Source: Cenococcum geophilum
Lineage: Eukaryota
Reading direction: 5' to 3'
Assembly: GCA_050273025.1 (NCBI GenBank)
Contig: CP158635.1
Coordinates: forward strand, 5,766,001 to 5,830,000
Length of the DNA stretch: 64,000 nucleotides
Position 1 is the stretch's first letter. Each line of letters starts with the position of its first letter. The notes under the pieces are model-generated. The model was not told the origin of the DNA and searched no databases. It worked only from the letters and a program-made list of their open reading frames with translations. Shown one piece after another: positions 1 to 12,194 of this stretch. Both the position numbers and the translations under genes were made by a program.

Positions 1-2600
1 AAGTAGTTATTTCCTTCTTAGTTATAGTAAAGCCTGCCTTTACTAAGTATCTAGAAGAAACCCAGAACGCCTTAATAAAGCGCGTTATATAGAAAAAAAT
101 ATAATGACATTATTTCCTAGCTCACTAATCTAGGTTATAAAGCTCTCTCGCAGGCTAAACGTAACGCTAAATTAAAGGCTAAGAGCCGCTGGTTTATATA
201 GGAATAAGGTAAAGAGTATATACGCGGCCTCTGGAGGCGGTTAATTCGCTTACCTAACTATAGCTTAAAGGTTGTTCCTAAGCCAGAAATATATAATACC
301 ATCGTTTAGTGCTATAAGGAGCTTTACTATATAGGGCAGAAGAAGATATATAGTACGCTTACGGCCAATTAATACGGTATATAGCTAGTGGAAGTTGTTT
401 AGCTTCTAGAATACTGCTGGGTGTGTATTAAGTAAGTTTAACTTTTTATAAAATTGTTAGTCGTACTAATATTCTTATAGGAGCGCTCCTAACGCTATAT
501 AGCTACCACTTAATGCAATTATCTCTAGGGCTCCTTTTGATTGTATCTAGGGCGATCTTATTAATATGCGTAATAAGGCTAATAGTGAATATAAATGGAT
601 CCTATAGATACGCGATTACTTCAGTAAATATTATACCCTCTACCCCCTTAAGTAGAAGACCGCTGAGTAAGTTGCCGCAGCTATGCTCTAATGGATACAT
701 TATTATATTCACCCGCGTATTTAGTAGAGTAATAACAGCTTAGAATTTAAAGGCGCCCTTCTTATACTGCTTAGGCGTTATAAAATTAAGGTAATTAACA
801 GCCGGCTATAATACCCCTAGTCGTAAGGCCTTGTAGAGCAAGCCAACGGTTATATAAAGAAGAAGCTTTATACAGTAAAGCGACTCTTAGGAACTTCGCG
901 ATGGGCGGCGGCTTGCCCAATTATTGCAGCCTTAATTAATCGCACCTACTATAAATTAATTGGCTGCATACCTTTCTACTACCTCTATGGGAGAGATCCT
1001 TAGCCATCTACTTTAGTGGCGCCTAGCCACCGGGCTACTGCAGAGCCTCTGCTAAAAGTTACCGACGCCTCTAAAGCTAAGGAGAAAGAGGATCTTAATA
1101 GTAATAAGGAAGTTCTCGGTCCTCTACTAGATAAGAACGGTAATAGGTAATAGGCAGCTAAGCAAGAGCGCAAGGACAATAAATATTTTAATGAGGAACC
1201 TAACGGTAGCTAGAGCTCGATCGCGGCCAAATATAAAGATGAGGAGAATAAGGATTAATTAGAAGATAAGGAGAATAAGGGTTAATTAGAAGATGAGGAG
1301 AATAAGGGTTAATTAGAAGATAAGGAGAATAAGGGTCTAATTAATCCTTATTCTCCTTATGTTCTAATTAACCCTTATTCTCCTTATCTTCTAATTAAAG
1401 TTAATATATAGAGGCCAAGGACTCCTTTAAACCCTACTTTATCTAACAATAATTAAACCTTTAAAGGCTGCTCACCAATCTTAAGTTGAACTCGCGAGAT
1501 TATAGAGGCTATACAGTTATTAGGATTAAGTGGATTTAGATAGCCTCCGCCTCTACTAAAAGGCTTTTCTATACTAAGCTAAGACGCCCAGATGCAATTA
1601 ATAAGAGAAGAGTTTACTAAATTAAATAGATAGATTATAGCCGACGCTGCTGCTAGAGCTCTATAGTAAGCTAAGTTTAATTGTGATATTAAAAGAAGGT
1701 AGCGATTTATCTATTAGTAGGAGGAGTTATATTTAGATAACTGGATTAAAGATCTGGAGGATCCTTTTTATATACCCGGAGGCTCCTTTATAGATAATCT
1801 TGCCATAAGGGTTAAAGATATACGCGCATAGCTCTACCGCGTAGCTAGTAGAGTAGGCCTACCACCTATAGATTTTAATAAGTACTATAACGTCGCTATA
1901 CCTTCTTACCGGCATAAGTTAATTCGGGTGGCAAAGGACTCTAATTACCCTATTTACTCTATACCACTATGGCGAGAGCTTATACGGCAGGTGCGTAAGA
2001 GACTTAAAGAACATTAGAAGGAATTATAATCGTAGTAGCTGCAAAGTCCCTTATAACGTTTAGATTCCTCTACTTATAATTTATTAGATTTATATAAGAG
2101 AGTTTAATAGTAAGCTACTTACTCCCGCGAATGAATAAAGAAGAAGTATAGTAAGTAGCACTATGTTACTAAATTTAATATAGGTGATATTATCCTTTTT
2201 GGAATTCCTAGAAAGCTTTAATATAGTACTAAAGTCTCCCGTATACCTAGCCGCATATATAAGATTTAAAATTACGGCTACTTTAAGGTTTGTACTTAGT
2301 ACGGAATCGTTAAGGAGCTCTTCTTAGGCAGCGAGCTTATTAAGCCGCTAGAGATTTATAATACTTGCCTTAATATAAGCGTTAGTATAATCCTGCCGCT
2401 CTCTGTAGTAGTTAAAGCCTATTTAATAACTGCGCGGCCTACCTGTTATAGGTATAGGTAAGGATATAATAATTAATAATATAGCTGTTGAAAAGGAAAT
2501 ATAGAGTGTTCTTCCTACTATTATAGAGGAAAGCCTTATATAAATCGGCCGACGGAGGACTTTCTGGGCGAGCCTCTAGTAAGAGCTTATAGAAGGCTTG
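1..2600 (+). pseudogene. RIP-inactivated transposase/integrase: HHCC zinc finger, rve DDE core, acidic linker, SH3-like region, C-terminal Cys-rich (CXC) motif
   Basis: RIP-reverted reading gives CHEELHHAG..HCWVC (~310-430), IQGDLIDM (~545-570), DNGSEFKG (~731-755) and INGRPRHPQSQGLVEQANG (~774-850). A CxCxxxCxxxxCxCxKxxxxCxxxCH motif lies at ~2440-2545. Many RIP-type stop codons (TAA/TAG). Confidence 0.8.
1238..1398. repeat. 27-bp tandem repeat (~3.6 copies) followed directly by ~2.3 inverted copies
   Basis: Unit GATGAGGAGAATAAGGGTTAATTAGAA starts at 1238, 1265, 1292 and 1319. Positions 1337-1398 are the reverse complement of the same unit. Confidence 0.9.
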
Positions 2601-3492
2601 CTAGTACTTAGATTAGCTTTTAAATAAAGTAAGTCTAACAGGGGACTCTACTATAAAGTTCTATATAACCTTAATTAATAATAGCAGATAAGGAAGGCAA
2701 TTAATTAAGCCCACTAGCGAGGCTGTGTAAGCTAAAGGAAAGGAAAATGATAGAGTAAGCAAGGTTAGCGTAGCTAGGAGAAATCTAAACCGCAATTACG
2801 CCAAACCTAATTAGGTAATTAGTCTATGGCCGGCAGAATATTAAAGGGCCCAGATTTTAACAGATCTTGGTAGGTTTAAAGCTTTATGCGATTTGTAAAT
2901 TTTGGTGTTAGGGAATATAATTAACTACCCCCTACCTAATTGGTTTCTACTACTTATAGACTATATCTATAACGTAGAAAGGCCTTTAAATATACCTATA
3001 AATCGCAGTATAACCTAGTTTAGATGGAATCTAATGGTGTTATAGTGGTTTAGGGGGGGTGGTAAAATTTAATCTCTAGAGTAATAGAAAATCTCATTAG
3101 AAAATTAAAATCTTATATTTTTATACTAGATATCGCGACTATGCTCTACTAAATGATAGATTATAATATCTAAGATATATAACCACTTATTTTGCAGCTA
3201 AAATTAAATTAATTATATATTGGTCCTTATTTATAATCATTAAGAAATAGGCAAAATCCATATATTTATTAAGAAGTCAAAAAAGCTCTATTAAATCTTA
3301 ATATAGCTTTAAATCTTAATATAGCTTCAAATATTTTTTAGAATAAGGCAAGATCTTTTCCGGAATAAGGTAAGCAATCTGGAATAGAGCCGATTAAAGC
3401 GATACACGACTTATTCTGGAACAAGGACGACTCGTTCCAGAATGAGGCAGAAATGTTCCGGAACATCGTATGTACCGATATTAGTCGGAACA

Positions 3493-4570
3493 CCTCTACC
3501 TTAGTTTTTGAGTAGCTTTCCCTTACCAAGCCCTAGGGCTCAGGGCTTTCCACAAGCAGTTGGCTGCTACCACTAATAACACGGGGAATTTCACCAGTTC
3601 TCTTAGGTATCTTATAATAGGATTAACCTAAGTACTAGTCTGCCCCCCAGAAGTCTATATAAGAGTCTCCTCCTAGAGTTAGTACGCTTTCGCACGGCTT
3701 AGGAGCCTTCCATAGCCTCTAGTTTCACGCCTCTTGTCATCGTTTTCGCCGGCACGGGCTTAAGCTGCCATTTACAGGGGTCGCAACTCCCGTCTTACGC
3801 GCCTACTGACGTAATCCTATAAGGGCGTCGTAGCTATATCCTGCAATATGGAAGCCTTAGGTACCTTCTGCGGTTAAGGCCCAGCTAAAAAGCCTCCCCC
3901 GCCTAAGTAACTCCTATTTGCTCCTTAAGCGTACCTCACTAGCGTACTGCCCTAGCGAGCAGTCCTATCTATTGGTATACTGACACGCGCATCCGTTCTT
4001 TCGAGCCACGTAGTAGTCTCTCTAGCTAGGACGTGATCCTACCTGCCTACTAGGTGCACTAGGGGTTAGAGCCTAGCTAAGGGGTAAGGTCCCTAGAGCT
4101 AGCAGTGGCTATTACGCACTACGCCCCGTAGGAGGCTGTAGTAGTATAGGGGCGCTACACCCTATACTACTGCCAGTTCCCGTTTCGCGTTGCCTGTAAG
4201 AGTCTCCTTATAACAGGCCGACCGTGTCTTGTAGGAGGGGGCCATAGAACGGGTCCCGTGCCGGGCGACCTGCTCCCCCCTCTCCTACTAACCAAGCTTG
4301 TGTCCCCCCTTCTTATAAGCTGGCCTATATCTCTAACTGTCACGACCTTATCCGACTGGCCTGTGTTTCCCCTACAGCCTCCCCCATATATATGTATTAG
4401 GTTACGTGCACCACGCCTATTAAGACCCTCCTATGAGTCGCCTTATACATACATGCGTCAGGTTGCGTGCACCACGCCTATTAAGACCCTCCTGTGAGTC
4501 ACCTGCGACCGTAGGTCGAACGCCATGGAGCCGTCGAAGCTGGCCTGTGTTTCCGCTACCTAGAGCTTTG
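3493..4570. repeat. Unassigned, relatively GC-rich repeat-like segment with a 61-bp tandem duplication (~4387-4508)
   Basis: AGGTT(A/G)CGTGCACCACGCCTATTAAGACCCTCCT(A/G)TGAGTC occurs at 4399 and 4460. CTGGCCT(A/G)T(A/G)T recurs three times. A possible LTR-like start TGTCACGAC is at 4338. No recognisable ORF. Confidence 0.45.
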
Positions 4571-4574
4571 CCCG

Positions 4575-7503
4575 TGTTTTACAAATATATATATAACTCT
4601 TTAAATATAATATAATATAAATTACCCTTACTATAAACCTTAAACCAGGACGATAAGGCTATAACTACTAATTATAGCAAAGAATGCAAAGATAATTTAT
4701 TAAACCTTTCTAAAATTTATATAATATAGGCCGCGCCCTTTATCTTATTAGCAAAAAGACAAAATTATAAAATCTTTACTATAACTATAGAAGATATTAA
4801 AAGAGCACTAAAACTAAAATAATATACTAATCCTTAACCTCTTATACCCAAAGAGTACTATAATCTAATTAATAAGTTTAAAAAATAATTTATAGACTAA
4901 CTAGCCCTATACTAAGATAAGCACAATTTTAAGATAGAACTTAAGCCTGGTATAACACTAAAGTTTAATCCGCTATATAGTATGTTATAAAAAGAATTAC
5001 TTATAATGTAATAATACCTTAATAAGTATCTGGAGAAAGGATTTATTTGCCCTAGTTAATCTCTATTTACCTTACCCATACCATTTATTAAAAAGCTAAA
5101 AGAAGGCTTAAGATTCTATAATAACTATTAAGCTCTAAACGCAATTACGATTTAAAACTAATATCCAATTTCCCTAATCCAAGAGGCACTTAACCGTTTA
5201 GTAAAGGCACGGTACTTTATAAAGCTTAATATAGTTCCTGCCTTTAATAAAATCTATATATATAAAGGAGATAAGAAGTATATAGCTTTTCGTATATAAT
5301 AGGGACTCTTTAAATACCTAGCAATGCCATTTAGCATAAAGAACGATTCCAGTACGTTTTAGTAATATATTAATAATATACTTTATAAATTCCTTAATAT
5401 ATTTGTTACTACGTATATTAATAATATCTTAATTTACTTATCCTTGCTTTCTAAATATTAGAAATATATTAAAATGGTCCTTAAACGCTTATAAGATATA
5501 GGCTTATAATATAATATTAAAAAATATATGTTCTACGCGTCTAAGGTAATATACTTAGGCTTAAGTATATCCTATAACGGAATTAAAATAGACCCTAAGA
5601 AAGTTTCTGCAATTATAAACTAAGAAAGTCCTAGCAATATATAAGAGATTTAAAGATTTCTAGAATTTGTAAATTTCTATTATTAATTTATTAACTACTT
5701 CTTAAAAACTGCTTAGCTATTAGTAAACCTAATAAAAAAGAACATAAAATTTAAATGGACCATTAAATGCGAATAAGCTTTTAATAACCTAAAGTATTAC
5801 TTTATAACTGCTTTAATTCTTACCTATTTAAACCCTAACCTTAAATATATTATTAAAATAGATTTATCTAATTATATACTAGGAGGAGTATTATTGCAAT
5901 ATAATAAAAACGGCGAGCTATGTCTAGTAGCCTTTCTCTCTTAAAAACTCGCCCCTACTAAATTAAACTACGAGATATATAATAAGGAACTGCTTATAAT
6001 TATTAAATGCTTTAAATAATAGCGCCTAGAACTTAAAGGATTATTATTCCTAATAGGTATATTAACGGACTATAAAAACCTATAGTACTTTATAACTATA
6101 AAGCAATTAACGCAGTACCAAATTCATTAGGCTAAATACCTCTTATAATTTAACTTTAAGATTATATACTAACTAGGCAAACTTAATTAGAAGCCTAACA
6201 TATTAATATAATAATTATAGGACCTACCTATAAACGCTTTAGATAAACGGATTATAAATTAATTATAGATCTTATTGCCCCTTAAACGTTTTAAAAACTA
6301 TATCCTATATTCCTAGATACGGAACTTAATGAAAACAAATTAAAAGTTAATAAATAGGAAATAGAAATTAATAAGCTAATGGAATATAAATATAAAAATA
6401 ATATATAGATAATAGATATAATAAAAGCGATTTAAATAGGAAGACAATAATATAAGAATATTATACTCGCTAAATACGAAATTTAAAATAGTTAATTGTA
6501 CTATTAATAGAAGGTAGTAGTTCCGAATTCAAAACTTTTATAATTTAAAATATTTAATTTTGTATATAACTTCCCTATAGTAGGACATCCTAGCCATATA
6601 AAGACTTATAAGATTATTTAACGAGTATATTACTAGCCTATAATACACGACTAAATATAAAAATACGTTTAAGTATATAGAATATGCGTACGTGGAAAGA
6701 CCTCTTATATAAAGAAGCAAGGAGTACTTTAACCGCTACTAATTCTAATATGAAGATGGCGTGATATCTTAATTAACTTAATAGTCGATTTACCTAGCAG
6801 TAATAGGTTTACGAATATTATAGTAGTTATTAACCGCCTTATAAAAATGTGATATATAATCCCTATAGACTTAATTAATGCAATATTAGTAGCCAAATGT
6901 TTTATTAAGCAGGTCTTTAAGCTATATAGACTTCCTAAATTAATAATATCTAACTATAGAAGCTAGTTCGTTTTAGACTTCTAGTAAGCTCTATATAAGT
7001 AATTAAGTATTTAAATATAACTCTTAACTGCATTTTATCTAGAGATAGGTGGTTAAACTAAAATTATAAACGCGATTATAAAATAATACCTATAAGACGA
7101 CTAGGAAAAATGGCTGCCTTTAGCTAAGTTTACTACGAATAATATAATAAATGTATTAATAGGTGTGACGCCGTTTTATATGGACAAGACCCTTAACTTA
7201 AATTTAAACTATAACCTAAGACTAATATAATAGTACCCATAATTAAACGTATCTAGTTAATTAGCGTATATAATTTCGCTAATTAAATAAAGCAGTTAAA
7301 AGAACTATTATAAAGCAAATTAATATACGTTTAAATAGTATAGGAGTAGTATGTAAATAAAGGACGAGCTCCGATATAGAACTTTAAGGAAGGTAATATA
7401 ATTTACCTAAATATATAAAACCTACAGACTTAATGGCCCTTAAAGAAACTTAATTAGAAGTTTGCGGGCCTATATTAAATTAAGAAGAAATAAAGCCTAT
7501 ACG
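4575..7503 (+). pseudogene. Ty3/Gypsy family A pol fragment (RT, RNase H, integrase), truncated at both ends
   Basis: Reverted motifs: HDFKIELKPG (~4922), YIDDILIY (~5413), NYEIYDKELL (~5966), DHKNLQYF (~6068) and KKLDWKFAGPY (~7443). Cut at 7504 by a family-B LTR. Homologous to 32775-33520 on the minus strand. Confidence 0.9.
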
Positions 7504-7926
7504 TGTAACGGAGCCTTATAGTGGGAACTACAGTAGACTTATTAATGGGCTAGGTGTGTAGTTAAACAAGAAGTCAATAACATAATAATAACTAGTAGAG
7601 TGGTTACCTAATAGATTAACTCTAATTATATTCTAAGATTTACTACAAAGGAGAGAACTATCTAAGTAGGGACTGTGGTCCTTTAAATATACAATTTAAC
7701 TCCTATAAAATATACTAAATACGTTAGTATGTTAGTACGTTAGTATATCCCACGTTCCTACGTTTCTATATTCCTATATACTAATCTAGTAATATAACAC
7801 ATTATATAACTTAGCTACCCCTTATCCTATAACTTAACTAGTTCCAGCACCTCCTATACTTCTTCTACTAGTTCATTTATATCTCCCCGTAGTAGTTTTA
7901 CTACTACTATTATTAGGTCCATAACA
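7504..7926 (-). repeat. 3' LTR of Gypsy family B, subfamily b (423 bp)
   Basis: Reads TGTAACGG...TCCATAACA. Followed by CCATCTCCCTCCTCTCT, the polypurine tract on the minus strand. Matches 38453-38872. Confidence 0.9.
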
Positions 7927-8034
7927 CCATCTCCCTCCTCTCTATCTTTGTCCTTAAAGATATCTCCTATCTCTAAGTTATTAATTAGAGGTATAGCATT
8001 CCTGTCTTTAATTTAATAACCTTTATTATTCCTA

Positions 8035-8690
8035 ATGCCTCCTATTAGATCCTCTATATCTAATTATTATAAGCAGCTAGTAACTACTATACTCTTACTT
8101 AGTAAGTTATACTGTCCTGTTCTTATTATGCGGAGAAGAAATTGGTATATATTGTAATCACGGCTCCTTCCAGTCGCCAACCTTCTTCCTACGCTAAGTA
8201 TACGCGAGCGAATATACGGTCCTCCTACAATATTTAATCCGTCTCTAATACTAAATATACGCGTTTTACAATTTTTATAACTATCTGGTTCCTTATCTAA
8301 TTTATTATAGGGTCCCAGGTTTAATTTACTATATTTTATCTTAAGGATAAGTTGGCCGTGGTCCTAGCTAAGGTGTAAAAGCTCTAAGATAATAGGGAGC
8401 AGATTTATACTAAAAAGCGGAAAGTATTTAAAGCTTAATTGGCTGCTTACGCCTGTCTGCTTTGTCTTAAAAAGATTTATAAAAAGGTGCGCTCTAAGGA
8501 GCTTCGTCTTGCTAAGTAAGGTCTCTATAAACTTAAGGCTAAGGAGGCTAAAATGGATTCTATTTAAGAAGAGGCAAAAATAACTTATATGCCGGTAGTA
8601 GATCCCGTATATAATCCGGCTTATCCATTACCTTTAGCTAATCCCTTTATTTTTAGCTCCTTTTTAATATTGCCTAATCCGTTCTCCGTT
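8035..8690 (+). pseudogene. Antisense accessory gene of family B (subfamily b): Zn2Cys6-like cluster plus coiled coil, one intron (~8257-8310)
   Basis: ATG at 8035. Reverted MPPVRSS..SCSHCAEKKLVCIAITAPSSRQPSSCAECTRANMRSSCN, then WSQVQSTVSRLEDEL.. after the intron. End coordinate is approximate. Confidence 0.7.
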
Positions 8691-11600
8691 AATACTCCTA
8701 TACCTTTCCTATAACATTCTTTAGGTTCTATAGTGGTTCCTAGATAGTCTTATTATAGCCTATCCACTTAACCTTATACTATATTTTATTGTTAACGTCC
8801 TTATAACTAATAATCTTTAAAACTTACTATTTGTCTTCCTCTTGCCCTCTATACGCATCTACTTTATAGGCTAGTAGCTTAATATTCCTATATACTAGCT
8901 CTAGCATTGCGATATACTATATAGGGTAGATTTTCATTTTGGCTGGTAGATTTAGCTTAAACGTAACCAATAAAATTCTTTACTTAATTTTAAAAGGTCG
9001 TAGTCTAATATAGTCTAACTTCTTACTTAGTTATTAACGCTTAAAATTTTTATATAGTAGCTATACTTTATCTCCCTCCTTAAGATCTAGTCCCTTAGAT
9101 CTCTTAGCATTATAGTACCTTTTTATTTGTTCTTGTACTAGTTTAACTATTTCCTTAAGGTCTATATAAAGATTTATTAACATCTCCATTCTTTACTTAG
9201 CTATGCTACTCGTTTTCTTTACTTAATGTAGTAATAATAATATTCTTAGCTTATACCCGTAATTTGCCTTAAATAGTAATGTCCCTATTCCTTCTTATAG
9301 TGTTATATTATATATAAACTATATAACTAGTAATAATAATACCTAATTATTCTATATATAATTAATATAATGCCTTAGATATTATTCTAGTATCTAGTTT
9401 AACCTTTCCGTCTATCTATATATCTGTAGATAATATACCGTTAATATTACTGCGTAAACCCCTTATCTAGCTAAGAATACTTTCTAAAATACTGCTATAA
9501 ATCTTAGATCTCTATCTAATATAATTTTATCTAGGGCTCCGTGTTTTATAAATACTTCCTTAATATAAATTCTAGTAATATCTTTTGCTAATATCTCTTC
9601 TATGCATACTATAAAGTAGCCCTACTTGGTTAACTTATCTACTATTACTAAGATTGCGTTATAATCTTATCCGGTAATAGGATCTCTTAATTTTAGCAAC
9701 TTTATAATAAAGTCCCATAATATAACCTCCTATAGTCTCTTTAGTATTTTAATAGGTTATAGCCCTCCGTACAGCTTATACCTTATTAGTTTATTTCTTT
9801 AGTAATCTAGATATTCTTTTATAACTTATCTTACTAGTCCCCAGATTCCTTAAATAATATACCCCTCTTAAAGTCTTAATACTAAGCCTGTAGCTCCACT
9901 ATGTCCTTAAGTTATTCCCTTATAAAACTCTTTTATAAACTCCTCTACAATTGCTTTTAAAATATAAGTAGCTTCCTGGTTTTTATATTGCTCTAAGTTT
10001 AGATCTTTTACCTATGCCTTTTAGATCTTTTATATTTAATTACTTTTAGATAATTTGTAGATCTAGCTTTCTTTAGTTACTATAATTTTTAGATAATTAT
10101 ATCTAATTAATCTATCTTAATCCTTTTAGCATCTGCTTATATATTATCTATACCCTTAGTATACTAAATCTTAAAATAGTATTCTATAAGCATTTCCGCC
10201 TATCTAACCTATCTTTAATTAAGTTCCTTTATTGTTAGGAATCCTATAAGGTTTTTATAGTCCATTTTAACTATAAATAGTTTCTCTATACCTTATAAGA
10301 ATGCTTTTTATTCCTTTAGTATTATAACTATACCTAATAACTCCTTATTATAGATGTTATAGTTTAACTCTAGTAGTATTATTTTTTAACTATAGTATAT
10401 TACTAGATGCTATGCGTCCTAATGTTTTTATAGCAAGTATACTCCTAGTGCAAAGTCTAATACATCTATCTTAATAACTGTTTTAAACTTTAGTTAGTAG
10501 ATCTTAAGGATTGGGTCCGAGGTAAATAACTCCTTAAGTTCTCTAAATAATTCTTTTTACTTATTTCCCTATACCTATAGTTCCTCTTTCTTTATTAATT
10601 TAGTAAATAGCTTAATATTCTTTAACCACTGTGCTATAAACCTCCTATAGTAGTTACAAAACCCTAGAAATAATCTTAACTGCGTAATATTCTCTTGTTC
10701 TTGCTAACTTACTATAGCCTCTATTTTTTTTAGGTCTATACTAATTTTTCCTAGTTTAATAATAAATCTTACAAAATTAGTCTTCCTTATAAAGAACTCC
10801 TATTTCTTAATTACTACTAGCATTTGTTCTTCTTATAGTCTCCTTAAAACCCATTTAATATATTCTCTATATTCTTCCTTACTTATTAAGTAGATAATAA
10901 TAATATTAAGGTATTCTCCTAATATACTATTAGTTCGCTTCTAGAACGTTACTAGTGCGTTTATAAGCCCAAATTGTATAACTAATAGTTTATATAGTCC
11001 TTCCTTTAACCTAAAGGCTGCCTTCTATTTATTAGCCTCCTTAATTCTAATCTAATAGCACGCCTATCTTAGATCTATCTTTATAAAGATTTATATATTG
11101 CCTATCTTATCTTAGATTTCACTAATTAAGGGTATAGGATATCTATCTTTCCTAGTAATGCTATTTAACTATCCATAGTCTATATACATCCTAAGTTTTC
11201 TAATTTTCTTTAGTATAAACAATACTAGATATTCCACTAATAACTATAATAGTCTAATGTATCCCTTTTATAAGTTCTCCTAGATAAACTTCTTAAGTAC
11301 CACTAACTTGGTTTTAGTAAGCTTATAGATTAGAAAAAACCTTAGACTTATTCCTAGTTTTAATTCTATTTTATAGTCCTATACTATATACTCTAACAGC
11401 TTTTTACTTTCTAGTAACTATAACTTTTTTCCATACTTATAGTATCTCTTTAGTATATAACTTAAGCTTTGCTTAGTCTCTTTGTATATCGCTCTAACTT
11501 AGTACTATACTAACTTAGTTTATTATCGTATTTTATATTATTAAGTATTTCTAATATTAATCTAACTTATAACCTAATTAATCTTTAGATTATATTTCTA

Positions 11601-12194
11601 TAACTAAGGCATCCCTAGTATTACCTTATCCTGTCTTAACGGTAGGATATTAAAAGATATCTTAACCTATCTTCCTTTAATAGTTAACTAAATAGGTCCT
11701 ATTTTAATATTAATAATGCCTCCTCTATAGGCTATCTAATCTCCTAAAATCGTTATAAGTAAATATAGATGTTCTTTTTATCTATATGGTAACCCTATTC
11801 TTTCTACTGCTATTAGTAATATATAGTTTCTTATTACTCTACTATCTACTAGGGCTTTAAACTATTAATCTTACCATTTAATTTATAAATTTAGGTATTA
11901 TCCTATAATTCCTTTAAGGGTTTAAGGCTCTAATACTAGTTTCCTCTAGTTTTATACACGTCGCCTTTTCCCAACTATTAGCTGCTAGATCCTATTTATA
12001 CTATTACGGAACCCTACCGCAGGGGCCTCCATAGGAGAGCCCCGTGCTCTCGCGTACACCTCGCGTACAGCTTATGTTAGCTACGCGTAGGTATATTACC
12101 TCCTTACGCCCTCGACCCTTACGATCGATTACGTAACATCTTATAGACTCCTTAAATACATACGCTTTGTAGCTATTGCCCCCGTCCTATAACA

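Larger units (their letters stand above)
1..3492 (+). mobile_element. Ginger-like (rve/Gypsy-type integrase) DNA transposon relic, left end outside window
   Basis: Integrase motifs are present with no RT, RNase H or LTR. The putative right terminus is ...GTCGGAACA at 3492, preceded by repeated TTC(C/T)(G/A)GAA motifs (3357-3492). Superfamily assignment is by architecture only. Confidence 0.6.

Noticed and set aside
513..743. 76-aa ORF in the ORF track
   Set aside because: It is an alternative frame over the RIP-mutated integrase core; the real motifs are in another frame.
1238..1398. CRISPR-like repeat array
   Set aside because: The units are contiguous with no unique spacers, and the context is a eukaryotic TE.
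3338..3529. 63-aa minus-strand ORF
   Set aside because: It spans the putative transposon terminus and its repeated motifs, with no coding evidence.
4258..4615. Two short overlapping ORFs
   Set aside because: They run through the 61-bp duplication, with no recognisable domain or gene context.
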